Assembly (NCBI RefSeq): GCF_009914755.1
Contig: NC_060925.1
Strand: one strand, 5' to 3'
DNA: 64,000 nt
Source: the human T2T-CHM13v2.0 reference genome, Homo sapiens
In this document: one piece after another, positions 52,982 through 64,000 of the stretch
Layout of the letters: each line of letters starts with the position of its first letter
Numbering within the stretch: the first letter of the stretch is position 1
Translations under genes and position numbers: made by a program
The notes under the pieces: model-generated
Databases searched by the model: none
What the model saw: the letters and a program-made list of their open reading frames with translations, nothing else
What the model was told of the DNA's origin: nothing

Positions 52982-54160
52982 ACTGTAAAATCCCTTATTG
53001 AATGTGCAATTCAGCTATCTCTCTTTCTTTTCTTCCTCACACTCTTTTCTACCCTTCAATGCCAGGCCTTAGGATTTCTCCAATTGCCATTAGTAATTCT
53101 CCTATGCATCTATCACCTACTAAGAACTGGCTACCATCCTAGGCACTTCATATATTTTATCTTATTTAATCCCTTTATAACTTTATGAGATAAATATTTT
53201 ATCCTTCTTCTACAGATGTATGAAATTGAGGTCTAGGACCACACAGTAAGTGGTAGAAGAGAAAGTCAATATTCATGATTCTCACTCCAAATCTGGTGCT
53301 TTTTTTCACAGTGCTACAGATGGACCATTCAGCCTTCAGGTGCCCAGGTATTTGTAGGATGCTTAGGCAATTTGGTTTCCATTCCTCCAATTATTTACTG
53401 AGTATCTCCTAGGTGCTAAAACTACAAAGTTATATCAGGGAGGCCAGTCCTGCGCTGCTCTGGTCATTTTCTTTGATTGCATTCATAGGTAGCAGGTGTT
53501 TGATATCCCCCTATTTAGTACACTCTAACCTCTGTGCCCATGGCTTAGTTGCCATGATAGGAAGACTATAAAGTGGACACAAAGTCTTGACTGTGAATTA
53601 AGAATTTGGAAAGTGATACTCTAGCCTAACTAACATTGCTTCAAAATGTATTAATTTTTGCTTAAACATTTTGATGGCTGATCTGAAGAAGAGAGGACAA
53701 TGGAGCAAGGTCTCTTCATATCCATTACCTGTTCACCCACATCTCACGTTGTACCAACTCTAGAAGTACCTGAGTGCTTGTTCCATGCAGTAGACAATGA
53801 ATGAGCTCACTGGTGTATCTTTGAAGAGTCCTTCTCTTTTTTAGTACTTCTGCGGGTATAATTACTGTATGTATTTCCTTGGTCAAGCTTGAATAGAAAT
53901 CAGATCCCTTTTTTCCTCTGCATGAAGGAGAAATGTGATGTATCATCTTGCAGTCATTTTGCATATCAGTGGATTCAAAAGGCTAGGAGCAAGCTACTTT
54001 CTCTCCACCGTCCTGGTGAATGTCCGATATTAGTTACAGAGAACCACAGGTTGTGATGTGGAAGACATGAAGGTAGTAAATCCCCAGCAGCTGGGAAGTG
54101 GTTGGACTTTTTCCTTTATTAGAGGCAGGGAATGAGAATGGGAGGGTTCTGTCTCTTCAG

Positions 54161-54300
54161 AAAAGGCTTCCTTGGAAGAAGTGCTCTTCTGGAAGCAAAC
54201 AGAGGAGGCAAGGGGTTGTTTCGGACACACTAGAGAGTAAGTCAGAGAATCTTCGTGTTGAGGCAGCATTGCAAAATTGAAGATGAAGAAAGGAAGGAAG
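54161..54300 (+). other. PDE4B: Candidate upstream non-coding/alternative exon of PDE4B
   Basis: Donor GAAG|gtatgt at 54300/54301, acceptor-like ttctgtctcttcag at 54147-54160, purine-rich GAAGAA content; repeat-free context 1.5 kb upstream of the PDE4B2 ATG. Confidence 0.5.
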
Positions 54301-55139
54301 GTATGTGTAAGTCTGGCTTGAAATGAGTTTTATTAAAAACACCTCAATTCTTGTCTGCACATTTTTGAAGAGTGTGAAAAAAAAATGGAGGAAGTTACCT
54401 CCAGTGGTTTTGTGGCTTTTTAAGCATGACATACAGGATATTGAATTTAACCCCTGTTTATCTTGAAGTGTATGAATATTTCGGGGATAAACAAAGCAAC
54501 TATTCTTTGAAATATGCGTCTGTGGCCAAGTGATTCCAGTTACTTGGAATCACAGTTCTGTTGATTCTCTTTTCTGCTTCAAGTATTTGCACACCACAGA
54601 CATAAGATTATTCATATAATAATTTTTAAAAACCATGTGGTCTTGCTAGAATTTCTGTATAAATGTATAAAAATGTCTTTTAAATATGGCAGGAATGTTA
54701 TATTAGAACTCCATGTGAGATTTTACATTTTATTAGTGCCTATTGTGTGTTTGTATTTCAGAAATCTTGGTAGAGTTTATAAATGCTATTTCTCTCAAAA
54801 ACAGTCGTGTATATAGGAGAGTCCAAGTGCTTTTTACAACTCTCTGTAGCTTCATTAATTCATCTAGCATTTATAAAGTTATTTCAGTGCTTATTAAGAT
54901 AGATTTCTTAAGCCAGTAACCTGAAGTATTTGTTTAGATTCACAAACTTTTGGATATAAAATGACATGTTAAGGATATGTAAAAAGAATTTTAATTATCT
55001 AGCAAAAAAATGTGATTTTCACAACAATATTTTTTGTGTGAAATACCAACAATATTTCCAGAAAGTCTAGAGTCTTAGGGCAACAAATTGGAGCCCCCAG
55101 CTTTAATCAAAATAAAAATCTGCAGAGTGTTCACATCTG

Positions 55140-55850
55140 GCTCCACCTGAAAGTCCGGTTCAGAATTTCCCTGTGATCCTGGCACTTGCAGAAGGGAAGT
55201 TTTAGCTTTGTTTAGTATAACAAGAGCTGCAGGACTCCCAGGCCAATAAACGTGTTCACGTAAAACTCCAGACAGCTTCTTTTAGACTGGAGTCTTATCA
55301 GGGAGACCTCATTTTCCCTCTAATTAAAGGAAAGATTTAAGGGAGAGAAAGGAATAGCCTATGCCTCTTACTTGTGCGGGTCAGTGTTCGCTGAATTAGA
55401 AGTTATTCCAACATGAACACAATCCTCAGGATGAATGACTGCCTAGACTTTGAACGTAATGGTCAACCAGTTTTCACCCGAATTTTGACTGTTTCATTTA
55501 GAAGAAAAGCAAAATGAGAAAAAGCTTTCCTCATTTCTCCTTGAGATGGCAAAGCACTCAGAAATGACATCACATACCCTAAAGAACCCTGGGATGACTA
55601 AGGCAGAGAGAGTCTGAGAAAACTCTTTGGTGCTTCTGCCTTTAGTTTTAGGACACATTTATGCAGATGAGCTTATAAGAGACCGTTCCCTCCGCCTTCT
55701 TCCTCAGAGGAAGTTTCTTGGTAGATCACCGACACCTCATCCAGGCGGGGGGTTGGGGGGAAACTTGGCACCAGCCATCCCAGGCAGAGCACCACTGTGA
55801 TTTGTTCTCCTGGTGGAGAGAGCTGGAAGGAAGGAGCCAGCGTGCAAATA
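55140..55850 (+). promoter_or_regulatory. PDE4B: Intronic promoter / 5' UTR of PDE4B2
   Basis: Immediately 5' of the PDE4B2 ATG and repeat-free. Motifs: kB-like AGAATTTCCC 55162-55171, CCAAT 55243-55247, variant CRE TGACATCA 55565-55572, AP-1-like TGACTAA 55595-55601, TATA-like TATAAGA 55674-55680, ETS/PU.1 GAGGAAGT 55707-55714. PDE4B2 is known to be cAMP- and LPS-inducible. The TSS cannot be determined from sequence. Confidence 0.75.
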
Positions 55851-56081
55851 ATGAAGGAGCACGGGGGCACCTTCAGTAGCACCGGAATCAGCGGTGGTAG
55901 CGGTGACTCTGCTATGGACAGCCTGCAGCCGCTCCAGCCTAACTACATGCCTGTGTGTTTGTTTGCAGAAGAATCTTATCAAAAATTAGCAATGGAAACG
56001 CTGGAGGAATTAGACTGGTGTTTAGACCAGCTAGAGACCATACAGACCTACCGGTCTGTCAGTGAGATGGCTTCTAACAAG
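55851..56081 (+). CDS. PDE4B: First coding exon of PDE4B short isoform PDE4B2 (unique N-terminus plus start of UCR2); partial CDS, continues beyond the window
   Basis: Translates to [77 protein letters not shown], the recognised PDE4B2 N-terminus. ATG at 55851; ends at donor AAG|gtaaga (56081/56082) after 77 codons, phase 0. Confidence 0.97.
55969..56081 (+). CDS. PDE4B: Internal 113-nt UCR2 exon used by long PDE4B isoforms (acceptor lies inside the PDE4B2 coding sequence)
   Basis: Acceptor ctgtgtgtttgtttgcag|AAGAATCT sits exactly where long isoforms join ([17 protein letters not shown]); phase 1 in, phase 0 out. Confidence 0.9.
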
Positions 56082-56913
56082 GTAAGAGATGATCTTTTTA
56101 TTCATTAAAGTGTGATCATGCAGGGAGCTCCAGCTCCCCTCACCCCTGTCTGCAGCAGAGTGCACCAGGGAATGCTACCAACTCTAAGAATATGTTTGTT
56201 GCTTTGTCTAGAAGATTCTCTTCCAAAGTGTCACACTCTACTTGTGTCTTGATGCTACAGCAAAAGTTTAAAATCCTCAGTACGCTTCAATTTCCAGAAA
56301 CAAAACTTCTCTCTTACTGATGCAGTTTGGAATAGGTTTAAGGTGAGAGATGTCTGTCTGTAAAGCTTCCAAATCAATATAACATTGAAAGTGCTTTAAA
56401 ATTTTTTTACAATTATCAGGAAGCTAAAATCTGAGTTAGTCTTGTTGCATTGCAATCAGGTGTCACATATTTATTTTTAAACAAGAAAGTAGTTTAACCT
56501 TCATATATCAATGGGAAAGAATGGTCTGTGTTGAAGTTTGATAAATTCCCTCTAAAAAGAAGGATATCCTGGGATTTTCTAAGATTTCTTTTGCGATGCT
56601 GGCATGACCTAAGATAAAAAAGAAACAATATGCTTTGTCTCCAAAACCAGAGGTTTTCTTTAAGTTTGCTGATTTTCATAGTGAAATCATTTGAAATTGC
56701 TTCATGCATACTGCCCCCAAAATGGTTTTATTTACAATCCCCAGACAAAGCTTAATGTTGAAGAGCCTTAATTATCTATCATTATATCATTTGTTTAATT
56801 AACACCTGGACTTAGAATGCTAATTTATGTAGTGAGAGTTGTTGCTTTTTGTTTGTATTTTTACCTTGGAGAATATTATATTAAATACATATTGCTATAA
56901 AGTTATACAAAGT

Positions 56914-56950
56914 TATATATGTGTGTGTACACACACACACACACATACAC
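56914..56950. repeat. (TA)(TG)(CA) microsatellite
   Basis: tatatatgtgtgtgtacacacacacacacacatacac. Confidence 0.85.
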
Positions 56951-58282
56951 TTTGTTAAAAAGCCTTACACCATACCCTCATAGGTGCACATTTCAGAGTC
57001 CCAGTCATTCTAGCCTGAAGTATCATCTTGTTGTCTACGTTTCTGGGGCTGAGAAGATATTTTGCTCCACACCTGCCAGCATGCCCTTTCCAGCCCTGAG
57101 GTGCACCAGTGAGTGTGTGTCCCTTCTCCAGCTTTCCTGGGGTAAAAGTACCACCTTTGGATCAAGGCTTGCTGGCTGCGGCTCAGAGGATCTGCGCAGA
57201 GGAAGCAGTGTGTCCTCAGGAGATCCTGAAGGAGGGGAGGGGGGACTCTTCCTACTTGGAACTCTTTGTTTATTGGTTAATGAAAGGGCAAAAATAAGTC
57301 CCTTTCTAAAATTTTAGTTTAGAGTTTAAGTTGGAAGGAAAAAAAAAAGAAAAGAACACATTTGAGGATTAACTATTTATTGACTTTTCTCTGAAGTTCT
57401 CAATTGAAGGTTAAACTCAGGGATTTTCCAGGCTGGGGTAAAACTCAACCAACTGCTTCCCCATGAGGAGGGCTTTGCTGTGTAACTTCTCCAAATCACA
57501 CTGGGACTCCATGTAGAAGGACTTTCACAAGGCTTGAGCCTACTTTGGAGCATTAGCAGACACTCTGTTCCCTGTATTTTGTGGTAATTGACGGCTATGC
57601 AAGATGTAGATCCAACATTTATGGGGTAGTTTTTCAACAGCTTTCACCATAGAGAACATGGCAAACTTCAATAGTCACCAAAATATACTAACTAGAGTCA
57701 CCAAGATAAAGCAGGCAATTAACTCCAAGAAGAGAAAAAGAGTACCCCCTGAGAAACTACAAATTGCCATTAATTTTCATTTTGAGTGTCAATATGCTGT
57801 AGTATTCTAATCCCATTCATGCCTAGAGTGCTGGAATTAGACATTGACTGTCTTGCAAATTTATTAAAAATAATCTTATTCAGCATAGTAGTTAGTAAGG
57901 CTCTGAGACCAGGCACTCTGTAGACACGGGTGAGGATTCCAATCCCTCAGGCTTCCGCTCCTCCTTTATGGTGTTGTGTGCAGGAAGCAATGAAAGTTGA
58001 ATAGAGCTAACCCTAACAAAAGGGCTAACCTTCAATGCTGACACAGTTAGCTTAAGTAAAAAGCATGCAGCCTCAGTCATTTTCTAGTTCTACAGTGGAA
58101 AGGTTGTCAGGGAAAGCAATTATTTAGTGCATGAATGATGCCCAACTGACAGCTAAGATTAATTTTTAAAAATATCTCTTTTTACTTTACTACCTTTAAA
58201 AAATTATTGATTATTCAGATAATTGTCTCAGGTTAAGCTTGAGCATAACATGCACCATGACACATATGATATAAGGCAATGA

Positions 58283-58372
58283 GGCCACGGAGTGGTGGCT
58301 CACGCCTGTAATCCCAGCACTTTGGGAGGTCGAGGCAGCACTTTGGGATTGCTTGAGCCCAGGAGTTCGAGA
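58283..58372 (+). mobile_element. 3'-truncated Alu left monomer (FLAM/AluJ-type), no A tail
   Basis: ggccacggagtggtggctcacgcctgtaatcccagcactttgggaggtcgagg...gattgcttgagcccaggagttcgaga. Confidence 0.85.
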
Positions 58373-61300
58373 TAATGCAATGCAAACATTTTTGTGGCCA
58401 CCAGAAAGAAATTGATCTACACCAGTTCTTTGGGAACTGAATTATCCATGGCAAAAAAAAACTATATTCCATATTCAGTTTTCAATGTTGCTGAAATTAT
58501 CTGAGATTTCCATCCAAGTTGACATCTTAAAACTTTATCGTGATCATCACTCCCTTTACTATGTAGTCTTATTTGGCCATATTTTGCTTACCCTTATCAA
58601 CTAAGGAGCCAGTGTAAATCTCTGAGTTGCAGATCTGGAAGTGATGTGAAGAAATGTTATAGAGGGAGTGTACTTATCAGTGGTATCCACTACATTTTTG
58701 CAAAAACTCTGTGTTCCTAGTTCTGTTTCAGCTACGTGGCCACTAAGTTTTGTTTGCAATGTCTGATCTTAAGAACAGCGATAGGTGAAATTGTGTTATG
58801 CTGAGGGGTATTTGGGAATTACATAAGTGCAGTCTACATGCAACTGGTAGAGAGTTAACTGTGTTTGGTGGAGGAAAAGCAAGCATCTTTCATCTTTACT
58901 TCGTCTAGGTAGGGTTGTGCTTTTTTAGTTTGTTTGTTTTCCTTAATCCTTTAAATTTTGAAGAAAACTGAGTGATTCAAATCTCCTAAAAGACTTTCTC
59001 AAATGTACTTCATAGCCTAGAGAGTTAGCTAAGAAACATCGTCCTCTGTTTGGCCCAAATTTCTCTGATCCCTTAATGCTGGCCACAGTCCAGATGGAAT
59101 TCCAGAATTTTAGAGAATGGTGCTGCCAGGTAGGTTAGTCTTGTAAATTATTTTCCTCCAAGAATTACTAGAAGATGGAATAAGTTCAGCAGAAGTTTTA
59201 CAAGGCAATGGTATTGTTATTTAAGATGAAAAGGATGGCTAGTGAACCTCCTGCCAGCTGCCCAAATTCGATTAGACATGTTAGAGCTAGCCGTTTTGCT
59301 TAACAACAGATTGCCTTCTTAGAATTGCTCATTAATTTTGTGTTTCAATTTTCATCACCTCCTGAATTAGAAGAATTGTCTTACACTTCAGCAAAATGCA
59401 TCAGAGCATGAGTTCCTCAGTGGCAAAACAGTCAGATGTTTTGAAAACAGGATGCTTTGGCTCTCCATTATAAAAAGAGGAACGGAAAGAGAAACAGTAT
59501 AGAAAGGAAGAAAGCAAATAGCCTCAGCAGGGTCCCCAGCCCAACAACGGCATAAACAGTGACCTATCTTCCTGACCTTCACTGTGGCTCAGTTCCTGAC
59601 CTCGTGTCACCAAAGCCAACCAACGTCATTAGAGGAGGATAGGAGGAATGGCGCAGCTGCTGTGAGGGTGACTACAATTTCCTGTCTCCTTCCTGACAGA
59701 CGCAGTCAGTAAAGTACAGGGTTGCAACAACAGTGGCTGAGGAAGGACCAACCCAGAACAATCCCAGGGAGGCGTAATTGTGACTGGCGGGGAATGGGGA
59801 GGTGTTCCTTCCCTCATTGTACTGAGAAACCTAGTCTTTCACCTAGAATTTTCAGGTGAAAAACGTCAAAAGGGTCATTCTTACCCAGAATGCTAAATGT
59901 TTTTCAAAAGATGAACATACTGTGGTATTCAGAAAAGCTATATTCAAGCAACTAGTCACTGTCTTCACTTCCCCCACAAACGCCCTCCACTGTCCTTTTC
60001 ATTCTCCATTGGTTTGGCTCTGGGGCTGTTTTATATGCAGAACAAAGGTTGGGTGCTGCTGGGTGAAAATGGATATTCTGTTGTTGAAGAGTGGCCCTGT
60101 GTATTAGTACTTTTTTTTAGAATGAAGCATTAGGACTTAGCACTTGAGTAAATGTTTGCTAAGATAGAAATGGAAGATGGTCCTTCTTCTCTTAAGGCAT
60201 TGTGAAGTCGGCTACAGATAACCATCATGAGGAAGTGAGTCCTCCTGGCTACGCAGGCTTATTTTTCCAGTTCTTCAGGTGCAGCCATACTACAGTACTA
60301 AACATGGAGCACAAAGGCAACTAATTGCCAGTGCTCTTGGGTTTGCAGGATAAAGTCACACGATTCTACCAGGCCCCGAGCCAGCTGGGAATTAGGCTGC
60401 ATGACACTGGATGGTGATCATGACAGGCTGATTGCCCTAATGAGGGGTGAACCATTTTGTATTTAACTAAATAATCAATAACTATGGAAAATGCCAGCTC
60501 CTGCAGAACTGACAGGAAATAGATCTTACTGGCCAATGGATTTATCTTAGAACTCTGTAAGAGAGAGGGTAGACAGGCGCTCAGTCCTTGAAAGGAATAT
60601 TCATGCCACTTTTGCCTAAAATGTAATGATATGATTACAGCAGTGCCGCCCTTAGCATAAGATGCATCCATTTGCTGGGCCCTGTGCTGTAATCAGAGGG
60701 CCTTAGCCTGGCCTTCCTTCTGCTGCCCTCCACCCAAGGAAGTAAGGAGTTGGCCGGGCCAAGGGAGCAGCTTTGCTCCCCTCTCTAAACTACATTTTGC
60801 ATCTGCTGGACCCCCACATTCTCTGTCCAAATGGCTTTGAACCCACTTCCCGGCCACACAAGCCTCTTCCTGGGATGTGCTGCAGGCATACACACCCTTA
60901 GGCCTAAGGAGTTTAACCAAGAGGCAGCAATGAGAGGTGTGAAGAGACTTGTGTAGGAGGAACTTGGGTAAGCAGGCTGCGGTCCAGGGCTCACGACGGC
61001 TGCTCACAGGTCCCTGGAGATGGAAGGACATGGGGAAAGAAGAGGGCCAACCCATATCCAAGGAGTTCAAGAATTCTAAATTCAACCTGACCTTCCAGGC
61101 TGTTATGGAGGGATATCTGTCAAGGTAAAGGAGATAGCTCAATGTATATCTTTGTATATTTAGACTTACAGTGTGTGGCCCCACACATGTTAGAGGTGAC
61201 CCTGGATTAGAGGGCAGAATAGAATTAAAATCAGTTCTGGTAGCCAGGTGGGCACTCACACATTTTTTTGGTTCAACTTTTCTCTCTTTACTGCTCAGAT

Positions 61301-61494
61301 TTATATAGACTAAATTATGGAGGGAGCAAAATAAAGTGAAAAGAGCCTAGGAATAAGCCATGAGTTTGAGTTCTAGCCCTGCCTTTACTTAGGTATAGTA
61401 ATATAGACAATAAAACTATTTGGAATCTTTCCATATTCTCTTCTATAAAACAAAATAATTGGAAAAGACCCAGCTCTTCAGTTTATTGATTGAA

Positions 61495-61720
61495 TAATAT
61501 TAGTAAACAACAGAACTACCTTTACAGGTGTATGCAAACATTGTGCTAAGCTCTTTACCTCATTCTGTAATCAATATTCACAGTAACACTTTGAAATAGG
61601 TACTGTTATTATTCCTGCTTTACAGATGAGTAAAGTGAGGCATACAAAGTTGAAATAACTTGCTTAAGGTAAATCATAGAGCCAGGATTCATATCCAGTC
61701 CATCTGACTTACCATCAATG
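61495..61720 (-). mobile_element. MIR
   Basis: gtgctaagctctttac...tttacagatgagtaaagtgaggc...aacttgcttaaggt...gagccaggattcatatccag. Confidence 0.75.
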
Positions 61721-62120
61721 ATCCCAATGAGGCATATAAAGAAAGAAAAAAGTTTAGAGTTATTTAATAATTCTTCTAAGGGGATTTTGGATTGGTTGGT
61801 GGGTGATCTTGTTCTTTCAACTGTGGCAAGCATTAGTGAGGCCTAGTTCAAATTTATATTCTGTAGCTACCATACTCACAGCCTCTAGGATGGCCATTAA
61901 TTGCCCTAAGCTCAGTCTTCTTGCCTGGGAAGCAGTGTAAGGGGAAAGAGCAATCGCAATTATAGAAAATGGTTATAAAGTGCTCATAAAAATGCAAATA
62001 ATAGTATTAAACTAATCCATTGCCTATTTCAGATCAATTTGCTCACTTCACTATCTGTTTCTTAAAATTCTCCAACATAGCCTAAGATAAGATAGTAAAG
62101 GTCTGTTCAAAGCACTGTAG

Positions 62121-62522
<402 letters not shown>

Positions 62523-64000
62523 TCATTCAAATGATTTGGGCAATTTCATTATATGCCACAACCTTTCCAAGGCATGGAACATGACCATAAAACAGAGAAT
62601 TAATGCTTCAGTAATATGTAAGGGAAATTTTTGGAAGTAACATGTCCACTGTTTTCCTTGGGCATTGTCTTCAAATAAAGATGAAAGAGAAGATTAAGCT
62701 ATTTATTCTTTGTCATTGTTTCAGTTACTCTTTCTATGACAAAATGGAGTTGTATTAGTGAGTATTAGTATTAGTGCAATTCAGTATTCCAAGTTCTAGT
62801 CTTCTCAAAACTTAGCAAATCAAAGAGTTTGAAAGTTATTTGGTGCTTTGTAGTAAGTTTGATTTGTAATCTGTTTTGTTTTATTCAAATAGTTCTTCAT
62901 TGGTTTTAACAGAACCATTTCTTTACTCAATGGTAATCCATTTGGCCCAATCTTTCTGCCTAACTCACTTGAAAGTCCTCAAGTGAGCAAGTCTCTAAAA
63001 AACAAACAGAAATGAAGAGGACATTGCCTTTGATTGTTTTACCTCTGGCTACCTGATAAGAGAGCATAATAGTCTCAAAATCTGATAAATAAATCATTTT
63101 AAGGGGAGTATCTTTCTCCACATTGGGGAAAAAATAATAGTTATGTTTAGATTGTCAAATGTAAATGTAAATGTAGAACACTAGTCTTCAAAAATAGAAT
63201 TCAACCCGTTAGCAGAATAAATGTTTAGTCTCCATTTTTTTAATACTTTTTTCTCATCTTTTAAAAATTGTTTAGTTTTTTTTTGTTTGTTTTTTTTGTT
63301 GTTTTTTTTTTTAGAATATGTCCGAGTCTAAAAGGCTCCTAGGTTGTATGCCATGGTTGTCTATGAAAGAAAAACCAAGGGCGATGGTGCTTGCATTTGC
63401 AGTATTCTTCCAAAACATTTTTCTTCTGAGTAAAAGTGTGCTCAACAAGTGGAGATAGCTCAGACATCTGGAAGCCAGGACTTACTAAACAAGAAGATGC
63501 CAGGGCAAATTTGTGCCACAGTCAATAGGTTTCACACTCTTGAAGGCATGGTGCCAGTTGTCAATATGCTTTCCTGAGCATCCTTTCCCTCTAGCATTTT
63601 TCAGGGACCTACCAGCACCTCTCTGTCTTGCTCACTTGTACGTGATGTTTCCCTCAAGTGGTGCCAAACTGTTTAGTCTCTTGTGTATTTCACTGTAACT
63701 TCCTTTGTTTGATTGACTTTAAAGTAGCCAAGTGCTTCCACAAAGAAAGGACTGTTAAGTTATTTAGAAACGAAGAAGACAGTAAAACTCCTGTTTCTTT
63801 TGTTTCTGCTTTGGGAAGTGCCTGATAATTTTTTCTTCTTATGGAATAGATTTTAAAGCTATAAATCTTGCCATTCTGTTCAACAGTCACTTTTTTCCTT
63901 CTGCTAATTAATTGTAATTTTAAAATGTATCAGTTTTGAAATCTAGAGCCCCCAAAGATTGAAGTTTAGTAAATTTATTAAAATAAAATGTATCTTCATG

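Noticed and set aside
55797-55850. 18-aa N-terminal extension of PDE4B2 from the ORF track
   Set aside because: Starts at GTG; the recognised start is ATG 55851. The tail VRDDLFIH of that ORF is intron read-through.
56919-57317. 132-aa ORF on the + strand
   Set aside because: Begins in a TG/CA microsatellite; no homology recognised.
60693-61259. 188-aa ORF on the - strand
   Set aside because: Non-ATG start, no recognisable domain or splice support; consistent with chance in locally GC-richer DNA.

Overview
Human-type (primate) genomic DNA, recognisable as part of the PDE4B locus (cAMP-specific phosphodiesterase 4B) on the + strand. About the first 54 kb is a repeat-rich intron of the long PDE4B isoforms (Alu, L1, L2, MIR, MaLR/ERVL LTRs, hAT MITEs). 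The only supported coding sequence is the first coding exon of the short isoform PDE4B2 (ATG 55851 to donor 56081, MKEHGGTF...EMASNK). Its 3' 113 nt (55969-56081) are also the UCR2 exon of the long isoforms via an internal acceptor. This exon sits in a ~8 kb almost transposon-free block with CRE/AP-1/ETS/kB-type motifs. The other ORFs in the track are repeat-derived or chance. I see no new gene system. The most unusual structures are: (1) an L1 fragment truncated at both ends that replaces the middle of an MLT1A LTR and has a perfect 20-bp fold-back copy of the flank at its junction (looks like a double-strand-break repair scar); (2) an old ~520-bp direct duplication 17.9 kb apart; (3) a candidate recursive-splice site; (4) a candidate upstream exon whose uORF would stop 2 nt before an internal Met; (5) a tail-less Alu with TSDs; (6) a full-length AluYa5. 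Repeat subfamilies and motifs were called by eye from remembered consensus sequences, and boundaries of old repeats are approximate.
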